The notes under the pieces are model-generated. The model saw only the letters and a program-made list of their open reading frames with translations, had not been told where the DNA came from and ran no database searches. Below are positions 28,468 through 38,905 of a DNA stretch of 64,000 nt, one piece after another (the first letter of the stretch is position 1; every line of letters begins with the position of its first letter). Both the position numbers and the translations under genes were made by a program. Where the stretch lies: NCBI GenBank assembly GCA_965203485.1, contig OZ241892.1:1984001-2048000 (forward strand), read 5' to 3'. The stretch comes from Longimicrobiales bacterium. GTDB lineage: Bacteria; Gemmatimonadota; Gemmatimonadetes; Longimicrobiales; Gaopeijiaceae.

Positions 28468-29397
28468 TCACGGCCGACTCGGCGGCGCCGAGGCCAAAGC
28501 CTTGCGAATCGCCTCCACCGTGCGGTCCACGCGGAACTGGAGCAGCTTTCTGCCCGTTTCGATCGTGGCCTCCCTGTCGGCGATGCTCACGCCGTTGATC
28601 GACGCCTTGCCCGCCTTCACGCGCTGGGCGTGGCGAACCGTCTCCGGGTCCTCGACCATCATGATCGCCGTGATCACGAAGTCGTCGTGAATGCCCTCGT
28701 TCATCGGCTCGCTGATCCCGAGTTCGGTGTTCATCCACTCGTGCACTTCGGCGTACCGGTAGAACTCGGGCACGTAGTGGGCGCGCGCCGAGCCCGACCA
28801 GCGAGCGTTGAGCTCCCCGGCGACCGCCGCCATCCCCGACTGGTTCCCCCCGCTGTCGCCGATGAAGACGACGTCGGTGAACCCGTGCGCCCGCAGGCTG
28901 CTCGCCACGTCGTCCAGCACCGCCCTGTACGTCTCCTCGCGAAGGCTGATCGTGCCCGGATAGCGCATGTGGCCCGACGGGCTGTCGATATCGCCCTCCG
29001 GCACCAGCTTCACGACCGGCGCGCAGAGCGCGTCGCCCAGCGCCCGCGCGATGCCCTCGCACGCACCCGCCAGGACATAGTTGTGCTTGCCCGTCGCCAA
29101 GTACGGCCCGTTCTGCTCGATCCCCCCCGTCGCGACGATCGCCGTCGTCTTGCCGTCCCGCAGCGCGTCGCGCACCTCCATCCAAGTCAGCTCCTCGATC
29201 CACACCGACTCGAGCGCCTCGATCGGACGCTCCGCCCGCATGTCGGCGAGCAGCGCCTCGGCCTGCCGGGCCTGCATCTCGGCACGCCGCTCGGAGGTCA
29301 CGGGGCCGCGGCCCGGTTGTGCCGAAGCGTTCGCCGGAAGGGCCAGAAGCGCCAGAAGGAGGAAGCCGGCGGGGCGCGGCGGGCGTTGTCTCTTCAT
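28468..29397 (-). CDS. Creatininase-family amidohydrolase with signal peptide
   Basis: IEELTWMEVR, TGGIEQNGPYL..GKH, HMRYPGTISL, IGDSGGN. Confidence 0.85.
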   Translation of the reverse strand: MKRQRPPRPAGFLLLALLALPANASAQPGRGPVTSERRAEMQARQAEALLADMRAERPIEALESVWIEELTWMEVRDALRDGKTTAIVATGGIEQNGPYLATGKHNYVLAGACEGIARALGDALCAPVVKLVPEGDIDSPSGHMRYPGTISLREETYRAVLDDVASSLRAHGFTDVVFIGDSGGNQSGMAAVAGELNARWSGSARAHYVPEFYRYAEVHEWMNTELGISEPMNEGIHDDFVITAIMMVEDPETVRHAQRVKAGKASINGVSIADREATIETGRKLLQFRVDRTVEAIRKALASAPPSRP

Positions 29398-29629
29398 TGC
29401 TCTCTTCTCGCTTGCTCGGGAATGGAGGGGACAGCTGCCTCGATGTCGCGACGCGACGCATGCGCGGCACCGACGGCCGCGCGGCAATCTAGCGTGCGAC
29501 CGCGCCGCGTGCGACCGCGCCGCTCGCGGAACTGGTGCACTCGGTTCACGAAGGACATCGCCATTGATTCGTCTTGAACGCTTCGGTCGCGCTGTCCTGG
29601 GTCCTGGCCGACGAGACAACCAGACCAGC

Positions 29630-29751
29630 TCCCGTCGTCGTGACGCTCGCGGTCGTGCGTGTCCGCGAACGCGAGTCTTATTCAATGTTCAGGCATGAAA
29701 ACGGAATAACACTGGCCCTTATTCAGAAGAGCACGGTCAAACCGGAATAAG
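29630..29751. repeat. Dispersed element of about 120 bp, copy 1 (double TTATTC-N20-GAATAA)
   Basis: TTATTC-N20-GAATAA-N9-TTATTC-N20-GAATAA at 29678-29750. Homologous to 57825-57940. Confidence 0.7.
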
Positions 29752-29819
29752 ATGGCCGCCCGTGGGGCCTTGAGCGGGCGTCGTTGCGCCTTCTGGTCGG
29801 CGGAGCGTAAACTGGCAAC

Positions 29820-30608
29820 ATGAACGCCTCCCCTCGCGGTCCCCGCTCGGCAGCAGTCGCGGCGGTTGCATTCCTGGCCTTTCTTGCGCTTTGGCCGTCC
29901 GCAACCCTCGCCGCCCAGGCCGACCCGGCCGCACCCTGGCCGCCCGTCGCGACCTTCTCCATCGTCGGCTTCGATCCGGCCACCGGCGAAGTGGGCGTGG
30001 CGGTTCAGTCCCGCGTCTTCTCGGTGGGCAACGGCGTGATTTGGGGAGAAGCCGGCGTCGGCGTCGTCGCCACCCAAGCAATCGTGGACGTGAGCTACGG
30101 CCCCCAAGCCCTTGCGCTGTTGCGGGAAGGCATGTCGCCGGAGGCGGTGGTGCGCGAAGTCCTGGCCCGCGACCCGGATCCGGACCCCGAGCGCTGGACC
30201 AAGGAAGGACGGCAGTTCTCGGTCATGAACGCGAACGGCGACATCGCCACCCACACCGGCCCTCGAGCCAGCGAGTGGGCGGGACACCGCATCGGCGAGC
30301 ACTGCTCGGCACAAGGCAACATCCTGGCCGGCCCGGCGGTCGTCGACGACATGGTTGCCGCCTTCGAGTCCACGGAGGGCCACATATCCCTGCGACTCCA
30401 GGCCGCCTTGGAAGCGGGACAGGCGGCAGGTGGCGACACCCGAGGGATGCAGTCGGCCGCCATGCTGATCGTCGGCGAGGACGGCGGCGTCTGGCTCAAC
30501 AACGACGTCGTCCTGCGCCTCCAGGTGGACGACCATCCGGAGCCCATCGCCGAGTTGCGCCGACTGGTGGAGATGGCGGCCGCCCAGCGGGAGCGACGGG
30601 GGATGTAG
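29820..30608 (+). CDS. DUF1028 domain protein (Ntn-hydrolase-like)
   Basis: ATFSIVGFDP..GEVGVAVQS, VATQA, AQGNILAG, GGDTRGMQSAA, VDDHPEPIAELRRL. Confidence 0.9.
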   Translation: MNASPRGPRSAAVAAVAFLAFLALWPSATLAAQADPAAPWPPVATFSIVGFDPATGEVGVAVQSRVFSVGNGVIWGEAGVGVVATQAIVDVSYGPQALALLREGMSPEAVVREVLARDPDPDPERWTKEGRQFSVMNANGDIATHTGPRASEWAGHRIGEHCSAQGNILAGPAVVDDMVAAFESTEGHISLRLQAALEAGQAAGGDTRGMQSAAMLIVGEDGGVWLNNDVVLRLQVDDHPEPIAELRRLVEMAAAQRERRGM

Positions 30609-30618
30609 GGTTGGGCAA

Positions 30619-30786
30619 CGGTCCAGCGCGAGTCACCGAGTATATCAGACGCCTTGGACTGGGGATCCCCGAGTGAGCATCCAGAACAATGGAAAAGCGA
30701 AAGCCTATCAGGTTCGCCAAGTCGTCCGCGCCATCGAGAAACTGGAAGCTCGGACACCCGACGAATCGCTAAAGGAATCGCCATGA
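30619..30786 (+). pseudogene. hicA: HicA-like toxin, C-terminal remnant
   Basis: SHRVYQTPWTGDPRVSIQNNGKAKAYQVRQVVRAIEKL. No start codon; the N-terminus is missing. Confidence 0.7.
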
Positions 30787-30850
30787 CGAAACGCTATACG
30801 TACCGCGTAACGTGGTCCACGGAGGATCAGGAGCATCTCGGGTTGTTGAG
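30783..30850 (+). pseudogene. hicB: HicB-like antitoxin, N-terminal remnant
   Basis: ATGA overlap with hicA. MTKRYTYRVTWSTEDQEHLGL, then similarity is lost. Confidence 0.7.
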
Positions 30851-31010
30851 CTCGCCTTTTCACCGACCACCATCGAGCGCATCAAGCGAGTCGCGCCCGG
30901 TGGTGACGTAGCTGCCTACTGCTACAAGCTCGTGTACTGGTGGCTGGAGCGAGATGAGAACAAGGTCCTGGCCGAGAAGGCCAGGGGAACTCAAGCACAA
31001 GGAAAGTGGA

Positions 31011-31379
31011 ATGAACCCGCACTTGATGAAGCGGACGCATGACAAGAGCTTCAGTGTCGCTGGCATGGTGGCCATCTACTTGTTGGTCGTCATACTAGTA
31101 GGGCTGGTGATCCTGTTCAACTCTCGGGTGCTAGTCGCCCCCATCGTGGGCATGTTGCTACTGGTCGCTGTCGCCCTGCCGGTGCTGGTGTGCGTACTAG
31201 TCGGCCGTGCAGCCCAGTACGTAGCGGGTTACGAGAAGCCCCGTCAGATCTGGAAGGAAAGCGAAGAGTACTTCCGCAGCGTCATTGAACGAAGTGGTGA
31301 CAAACACAGGATCAAGTGGGCGGAAGAGAAGCTAGAAGCGCTGCTCGCACGTCAGGCACGAGAGGAAGACGAAAAGTGA
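31011..31379 (+). CDS. Hypothetical two-TM membrane protein
   Basis: Two long hydrophobic stretches and a charged tail. Lower GC than the flanks. Confidence 0.5.
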   Translation: MNPHLMKRTHDKSFSVAGMVAIYLLVVILVGLVILFNSRVLVAPIVGMLLLVAVALPVLVCVLVGRAAQYVAGYEKPRQIWKESEEYFRSVIERSGDKHRIKWAEEKLEALLARQAREEDEK

Positions 31380-31641
31380 AGCGCAAGTACAAGTTGACAC
31401 TGGTTGGAGCCGCACTTGCCACGGAACTGGGGACAGCATTTTCAGCGCATGAAGCGCACGGGCAGTGAACGTTGGAGACGAAAAGGGATGACTTCTTGGG
31501 CACCGAGAAGGTCACACTCGAGACGTCAATGGCCTTACGTGGCTGACCATCTTCGGTGCTGAGTCCGGCTTCTTTGGTGACATTTCACTGACAGAGAAGT
31601 GGGGCAATGAACTAGAGGACACCGGATTGGTCGTGTTGGCG

Positions 31642-32082
31642 TCAGACGCTCGAACACTGGTTGTGAGTCCGCCTGTCGGGTTTGAGGCCTTCTTTGAGGT
31701 CGGCCAGAATTTTTGTCATGGTAGGATCAAAATCTTGGTTGATAACGCATGCCGCCATGTTCTTCGGAAACCCGGATTCCCTTTTGGCGACCAGTGATTT
31801 GAGGTATACGGCGCGATCACGCCGCTTCTCGATGAACGCAAGAAAGACCTGCGCCGTGATCCGATGAGCCGCGCTGTGATTCGCGAAAGCTTCCATCGCA
31901 ATAACCGGCGATCCCGGTTCTCCACCCGTGTACTCGCCGGGACCGGCAAAGCCGTCAATGAAGATTATCCGTCCTTGAGTGCTGCCGAGAATGGGAAACC
32001 ATGCCTTGAGATATTCCTTCAAGACGAGGTGCTTGCCTTCCGTGTGGGGCTCACGGGACCAAAGGGTGGACTTGGGCTTCAT
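31642..32082 (-). pseudogene. tcmP: Three-Cys-motif partner protein TcmP, C-terminally truncated
   Basis: HTEGKHLVLKEYLKAW..IFIDGFAGPGEY..GSP. Ends after 146 aa, before the usual FIDPFG region. Confidence 0.75.
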
Positions 32083-32891
32083 CGTCCTGCGCCCTGCGCT
32101 GCGCTCGAGGCGTCGCTCAACGAAAATGCCGGCGACTCGTTCCAGTCCCTGCCGTCCAGCTTTCGGCCTCCCGCCTTTGGAGTCCGGCCGCCCCATTGCT
32201 TGAAGAAGAAGGACACCTGTCGCATGCGGCACTGGTCGCGCACGCGCTTGGCCCATTCGGGGTCCAGCGGACGTGCGTCGGGGCCGCTCTCGCCGCCTAC
32301 AATGACCCAATGGATGGCGCGGCGAGTGGCCAGGAACGGCGACAGGTCGAGTGGACCGATCAGGGGCTCGCAACTCAGAAAGCGCACCGTGGCCCGGACG
32401 GCCAACAGGTGTCGCACCCGGTAAGCGACCGACTGGTTCTCGACGGACGTGCCGATCCAGATGTTGGAAGGGAGCCCCGCCGGGAGCAGGTCGGCATGCC
32501 GTTGCACGAACTTGGCGGCCCTCGAGGGACGCTTGGTCAGGACCTGGTAGACGTGACGGCCGACATCGAGCATCACCTTGAAGCAACGGCGGACAAACTC
32601 CTCGGGCACGTCCTTGTGGAACAAGTCCGACATGGAGTTGACGAAGATGCGACGAGGCCGCCGCCACGAACCCGGTATCGCGAGTCGCTCCGGCCAGGTG
32701 CGAACCGCGAAGGGGTCCTGCCGGTTCGTTGCCGTGTTCACCACGGGGAGGCGAGCGCGGTAGGTCTCTGCCAGCAACCGTCTCGACAGCCGATCGGCAT
32801 AACAGTGGTCGCAACCAGCGGATACGCGGGTGCATCCGGTCGTCGGGTTCCACGTGGCGTCGGTCCACTCGATGGAGGTGCGTTCGGGCAC
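32079..32891 (-). CDS. DUF5131 / phage Gp37-Gp68 family protein
   Basis: SIEWTDATWNPTTGCTRVSAGCDHCYA, FVNSMSDLFH, LTKRP, FLSCEPL, WVIVGGESG, FFKQWGG. Confidence 0.92.
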   Translation of the reverse strand: MPERTSIEWTDATWNPTTGCTRVSAGCDHCYADRLSRRLLAETYRARLPVVNTATNRQDPFAVRTWPERLAIPGSWRRPRRIFVNSMSDLFHKDVPEEFVRRCFKVMLDVGRHVYQVLTKRPSRAAKFVQRHADLLPAGLPSNIWIGTSVENQSVAYRVRHLLAVRATVRFLSCEPLIGPLDLSPFLATRRAIHWVIVGGESGPDARPLDPEWAKRVRDQCRMRQVSFFFKQWGGRTPKAGGRKLDGRDWNESPAFSLSDASSAAQGAGR

Positions 32892-33105
32892 GGTGGTCTC
32901 CTGGTCCGGGAGCTGGTTCCTTTGGTCCGGTGCGAATCGCCGGGCCTGGCCCACTCCGGCCCGGAACCTAAGGTAATGTTTCGGCTTTTGTGCGGCTACA
33001 GCATCCGAAGCCCGTCGCTCCGGTTTCCTTGGCAACGGAACCAGTCAGAAGGCAGAGCGTCAGCGTCCCACGCTCGCGGCTGTCACGCCTTGAACGGGTG
33101 CGGGT

Positions 33106-34218
<1,113 letters not shown>

Positions 34219-34301
34219 GGTGACCTCTCGCGAAATAGAGTGGGTTGATGGTCGCTCGTCGGAGCCGTTTGCGCTTGGTGGGTGGCGCACGCCGAAAAGC
34301 A

Positions 34302-35903
34302 TTACCGGTGGCCTCCCAGCTTTCTCAGGCGTTCGCTTCCCGCCGACGTGAGGCGGTATCGTTGCTTGCTGCTGCGCGGCTTGTCCGGGATGGTCATTTC
34401 GATCAGTCCGGCTCGCAGGGCAGGAAGCAGGTAGGCTTCGCGGAAATGAATCCGATGTCTGAGGCCGAGAGCCTCCTGGATGCCCCGCCCGGTCATTTCC
34501 CCCGACATCGCCCGAAGCAACCGGGCCTCGAGGCCGACTTGTTCGGTCGCTTGTTCGGTCGCCCGCTCGACTTGTTCGGCCGCTTGTTCGGTTGCGCGCC
34601 CGACTTGTTCGGCCGCGCCCGCAACTTGGTCGGTGACGGCCCCGGCGATTTCCCTGGAAACTTCTTCGGCCTGCTCCGCCCCGACTTCTCCTGTCGCTTG
34701 CTCGACTTCCTCGGCAACTTCACTTTGGAGGAAGTCTCCGGCGCCTTGCGGGCCGCCGCCTTCTCGCGCCACCAGCCGCACTTTCGGGTTCGGTCGGAAG
34801 GTCACGGTGACGAAGCGGCCCACGTCGAACTCCGGTTCCGGGCAGTCCTGCCGTCGGGCGCCGTCTCGGATGCGGCGGATACCTGTTCCGGCCTTCTCGA
34901 TGAAGTCGATGCGATGAAGAAGGTCCGCGATGAGCGGGTTCCGCCGAATGCTAACGTGTCCGAGGTTGGCCGGGGTCAGGCCCTTGGGCAAGCCGCCGGG
35001 ACTGATCACCTTGATGCGATCCGTATAGACCTCGACGAAGACGTTGGCGCCCTCGAAGAACCAGTCGCGGTGCATGACCGCATTGGTGACGGCCTCTCGC
35101 AAGGCCTCCATCGGGTACTCTGGGATGTTCTGCCGCCGCAGCCCCTTGATTCTGTAGGCCATGCGAGTGTTGCGCTCAATGAACCGCATGGTTTCTTCGA
35201 TGTCTGCCGCGATGCCCGCGTCAAAGTCCTTGCGGTCCAGGATGTGGACCTTGTCGGTTCCTTTCCCCAATAGGCAGGTGACGTAGCCTTCCGGAAAGAA
35301 GCGCCGCACCTTCTTGGCAAAAAAGAGCACGCCGGCGTTGCGGAACAGCAAGCCGTCGCCCGTGCGCTCGGCAACTTCGATGTTGACCAGCACGTCTTCC
35401 ACGGTCGAACCTGCCGTGATGCCGGACAACCGCATCCAACCGTCGAACTTCTCGCGGTCGAAGTCTTCCGGATAATTGAAGCGCGGACAGGGAGACAGGT
35501 CGAACCGAATGGCACCCTCGGCCCGAAAAAAGTCGCGAATCTCGTCACGGCTCATCTCTTGGGTCACGGCGCCCTGTCGCCAGAAGAAGCCGTCGCTGCA
35601 CTGTACGGGCTTCGCGTCGCTCTCGCGAACATGAACCACGAGCACGCCGTTCACGGGTTCGACCAGCACCTTGACCGACGGGTCGCAATCGCGGGCGATG
35701 TTCTGGATGCGGGCACGCAACGCATTGCCGTCCTCGACCCCGATCATGCGGCCGTCGTCATCCACGCCCACAAGAATCTTGCCGCCTATGGTGTTGGCAA
35801 GAGCGACGATCCCTCTGGCAAAGGACGTCGACACGCGCTCCTTGAACTCCAGCGTGGTGCCCTCGCCTTGCTGGACGAGGATCTCGAGGTCCGTCGCAGT
35901 CAT
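34302..35903 (-). CDS. AlbA/Schlafen-like domain + RecG C-terminal-like HATPase + C-terminal wHTH protein
   Basis: GEGTTLEFKE, ALANTIGG.ILVGVDD, REAVTNAVMHRDW, SPGGLP, RNPLIA..IEKAGTG, IPDKPRSSKQRYRLT. Confidence 0.88.
   Translation of the reverse strand: MTATDLEILVQQGEGTTLEFKERVSTSFARGIVALANTIGGKILVGVDDDGRMIGVEDGNALRARIQNIARDCDPSVKVLVEPVNGVLVVHVRESDAKPVQCSDGFFWRQGAVTQEMSRDEIRDFFRAEGAIRFDLSPCPRFNYPEDFDREKFDGWMRLSGITAGSTVEDVLVNIEVAERTGDGLLFRNAGVLFFAKKVRRFFPEGYVTCLLGKGTDKVHILDRKDFDAGIAADIEETMRFIERNTRMAYRIKGLRRQNIPEYPMEALREAVTNAVMHRDWFFEGANVFVEVYTDRIKVISPGGLPKGLTPANLGHVSIRRNPLIADLLHRIDFIEKAGTGIRRIRDGARRQDCPEPEFDVGRFVTVTFRPNPKVRLVAREGGGPQGAGDFLQSEVAEEVEQATGEVGAEQAEEVSREIAGAVTDQVAGAAEQVGRATEQAAEQVERATEQATEQVGLEARLLRAMSGEMTGRGIQEALGLRHRIHFREAYLLPALRAGLIEMTIPDKPRSSKQRYRLTSAGSERLRKLGGHR
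34534..34720 (-). repeat. Degenerate 12-bp coding tandem repeats (xEQV/xEQA linker)
   Basis: Recurrent CTTGTTCGG units encoding AEQV-GRA-TEQA-AEQV-ERA-TEQA-TEQV. Confidence 0.7.
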
Positions 35904-36149
35904 GCGGGCGATTGGCCGACCTTCCGTGCGAAGCTCAGGGAGTCTGCTCCCAGATTTGGCGGAATCTGTTGCGCGGTGGCCAATCTGCGGCCTGACGGCC
36001 CGTAGAGCGACAATCAGGATGAGACGCTCATGATCGTGACGGGAACGATGGGAGCGGAGGGGGGTCCGGTCAAGGCGGGGGCTTGGACCGTCATCCGCGT
36101 GCCTACGGCACGACACTTCCGGGTGGCCCCGCCCGGCCCCTCGTGCTCC

Positions 36150-36325
36150 TCACGCCCTTTCCACAGCACACGCAACGGGACGGCGCCAAGTGCCTTGCCG
36201 AACGACACGCCCAGCTCGTCGTCGTACAACACGACGCCACCGACGAAACGCGGACCGAGCACCGGCCGGAGCTTGCGCAGTCCCTGGGAAGTCGGCGTGG
36301 TTGACGGTCGCCGCGGCCGCCTCGG
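36150..36325 (-). pseudogene. C-terminal remnant of an AAA/DUF4143 ATP-binding protein
   Basis: AAATVNHADF, frameshift, then GLRKLRPVLGPRFVGGVVLYDDELGVSFGKALGAVPLRVLW. Confidence 0.6.
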
Positions 36326-36359
36326 TCGCCCAGGAGAGCAACTGGATCCCCAGAGCGCA

Positions 36360-36650
36360 AGCGGGTTCGTGACGGCGCATCGCGCCGTCTTCCCCATCCG
36401 CACCATGTGCCGCGTCCTCCGTCGCTCCAGGAGCCGTTGCTACGCTTCGCTCAAGCGACCGCTTCCGCCCGGGACCCGGGACCGCCGCAACGCCGCCCTC
36501 CACGTCCGAGTACACGAGAGCTAGAAGGCCAGCCGTCGATCCGGCCGCTGGTCCGGCATCCGCACCGACCTCAAGATACATGGCGCCCAAGCGTGCCCGC
36601 CTCATGCGGAGAGAACGGATCAAGCGCGCGAGTCGGGCCACAAGGCGACC
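36360..36650 (+). mobile_element. IS3-family transposase (OrfB N-terminus) remnant
   Basis: FVTAHRAVFPIRTMCRVL..SRS..YA, then RLMRRERIK. Broken by stops and frameshifts. Confidence 0.6.
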
Positions 36651-36722
36651 ACCCGCTGAACCATCGCGACGATTGCCTCATGTGCGTGGGCGGTTGCGGT
36701 CCGGCCAGATGCGTATCCGGTG

Positions 36723-37460
36723 TCACCGGTTAGCCGTCCCACGGTCGAGATGGCGTGCAAGGACCTTCTTGACGTAATCCGGCATGTCGATGCCTTGTCG
36801 AGCCGCTGCCGCGCTCAGATCGTCGTAGGCATTCACTTCTTCTCCCGCCCACATGATGTCAAGCCTCCGGCGGTCGTGGGTGGCAACGTAAGAATAGGAT
36901 TCCGGATATGCCCAGTAGCACGACTTGCATGTGGCCGGGTCCTTGACCTCCCAGTTCGGACAGTTCTCGCAACTCCAGGACTTGGCTCGGTTTGCAGATG
37001 GACACAAGAGCATGTACTCATCAACGCCATCCGTTGGCGAATCGCGTCCGCTTATCTCAAAGGGTACCCTGTGGTCGATCTGCAGTTCGCGTTCCGACAA
37101 TGATTCCAAATAGATGTTGCACCTGGCACCATCCTTCTCTATCAGTTTCGCTTTGAGCTCGCCGGTGAGGACCGTTCGTCCTGATGCGTCAGAAAGGCGG
37201 ACTTGCGACGGATCCCCGAAACGGTAGAGAGCCATGGTTTTACCGTCCGACGTGACAATGGTGTCGGTTACAAGCGGAATGCCCAGTTCTCGAACATCCC
37301 GAGCCGCACGCGGCGGATGACTGTAACCGTACAACTTTCTCAGTTCTTCGGTCGTAACGTGCCCGTGATGAAGTATGTGTTGAATCACTGTTCGCGGACG
37401 CTTGGCTGTAACGCTATCGAGGAGTTCAAGAAATTCCCGCGAGTACTTGCTACGACTCAT
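36723..37460 (-). CDS. HNH-type putative restriction endonuclease
   Basis: RCNIY..LQIDHRVP..LLCPSANRAK, plus CxxC pairs (CENC, CKSC). ATGA-coupled to the methylase. Confidence 0.75.
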   Translation of the reverse strand: MSRSKYSREFLELLDSVTAKRPRTVIQHILHHGHVTTEELRKLYGYSHPPRAARDVRELGIPLVTDTIVTSDGKTMALYRFGDPSQVRLSDASGRTVLTGELKAKLIEKDGARCNIYLESLSERELQIDHRVPFEISGRDSPTDGVDEYMLLCPSANRAKSWSCENCPNWEVKDPATCKSCYWAYPESYSYVATHDRRRLDIMWAGEEVNAYDDLSAAAARQGIDMPDYVKKVLARHLDRGTANR

Positions 37461-38398
37461 TCGAACAGTGCCGGCTGGACAGCATGCGAGGCCGTCTCAA
37501 CGTGTCGTTCAAGACTCCCGAGCCGTCTCACCAGCGCTGGCGAGAGATACAGGGACTCGACCGTCTCGCGGGCTTGACCCAGCAAGGTGGCTTGAGTGGA
37601 TCTTCCAGCGGGGAGGTAGATGTGATGCAACCGGAGGACCTTCGGCAACAGCTTGCCGTGGGCTTTGCCGCCGGTCCTGCCGTCGTAGCTGACGATGTAG
37701 GACAGTTCCAGTTTGTTCATTGTGTGCAACGTGCCGACGAACTCGTCGTAGTCGATGCCATCGCAGTATCTCCTGTCTCGCGTTTGCGAAGTGCCTTGGT
37801 ACGGCGGATCAATGTAGACGAGGTCCTCCGGCGTCGATGCCAGCACCACTTGCCGATAGTCCTGCGCCGACAAGTCCGTCCTGCCCGCCAGCAACCGGTG
37901 TACGCCAAGTATCTGTCGGCGCATGACCGTGGGTCTCATGCCGGCCCGGCGGTTGTCGGGGCTCTGGTTGAACGCTCCGGTGGCATTGTACCGGACGGAC
38001 CCCTTCACGATTCGAGCCAGCAGATAGAGGAGGTGGCCCGGTTGGCCCGACTCGTTGAACTCCTTGCGAATGTCGAAGAAGAACCCCTTCATGTGCGGTT
38101 GTTGGTCGCGCCATAGGCGAGCGTAGTCGGCAACGAGCCCCTCGGGCCTCTCCACAATTTCCCGCCACAAGGCCATCAGAGGCGCGTTGAAGTCGTTGAT
38201 CCAAAACCGCCTTGCCAACCCATGGGTCGCGGCCGCGATCGATACGGCGGCCGAGCCGCAGCAGGGCTCCACCACCCGATCCAGGTCCGCCGGAAAGTAG
38301 GGCAGGATGAACTTCGCGATCCCGCGCTTGCTTCCCTGGTAGGGAAACGGGTGCGGGGCGGCCGGGCCGATCCCGGCCATGGCTTCCAGCGGTCTCAT
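37457..38398 (-). CDS. Dam/D12-class N6-adenine DNA methyltransferase
   Basis: PFPYQGSKR, EPCCGSAAVS, VYIDPPY. Start approximate. Confidence 0.9.
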   Translation of the reverse strand: MRPLEAMAGIGPAAPHPFPYQGSKRGIAKFILPYFPADLDRVVEPCCGSAAVSIAAATHGLARRFWINDFNAPLMALWREIVERPEGLVADYARLWRDQQPHMKGFFFDIRKEFNESGQPGHLLYLLARIVKGSVRYNATGAFNQSPDNRRAGMRPTVMRRQILGVHRLLAGRTDLSAQDYRQVVLASTPEDLVYIDPPYQGTSQTRDRRYCDGIDYDEFVGTLHTMNKLELSYIVSYDGRTGGKAHGKLLPKVLRLHHIYLPAGRSTQATLLGQARETVESLYLSPALVRRLGSLERHVETASHAVQPALFE

Positions 38399-38699
38399 GT
38401 CCTCCGTCGCCCCTTCCTGCGGGCATGTCGCACCCACCGAACAGGTACTGTCCGTAGTCTTCGGCATCGTCTGATGCGGCGTTGCTCGCATCTCGTACTA
38501 ATCCTTCTGGGCCCGAAGGACAAGGCCAGCACCGCATGCTGGCGTGTTAGACGCTCCGGCACGAGCCGTCGGTTGGCGGGCTGGCGGCTACGGGTGCGCA
38601 ACGGAGGGCGTCCACCGCAGGGAATGGTGGTGGACCCGGACAGCCCGCAAAATTGAGGTTCACGGCCGGGTAGCCGGGCAACGGTTGGAACGGCCACTC

Positions 38700-38900
38700 C
38701 AAAGGCGCCGGGATATCCGGCCGAGAAGCTGATGCAGGCACTCAAGGAGCGGGGGAGGCCGTTCGTGGCCCGGGTCCGGCGGACCATGGTGTTGGAGGTT
38801 GGCCACGTCGGCTGTGGACGAAGTCGTGCAGAAGACCCGGAACGACGTCCCGCCGCCGCCCTACTGCCGCTCTACCGGAAGCGCGCCAAGGCCGAGGGCC
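38700..38900 (+). mobile_element. Probable IS1380-family transposase remnant
   Basis: PGYPAEKLMQALKERGRPFVARVR...LLPLYRKRAKAEG resembles DDE transposase segments, with large deletions. Confidence 0.4.
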
Positions 38901-38905
38901 CCCCT

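Noticed and set aside
29491..29523. 15-bp tandem duplication GCGTGCGACCGCGCC
   Set aside because: Only two units with no spacers. It is not CRISPR and is probably slippage in decayed DNA.
34534..34720. Short repeats considered as a CRISPR array
   Set aside because: They are 12-bp in-frame coding repeats without unique spacers, and no cas genes are present.
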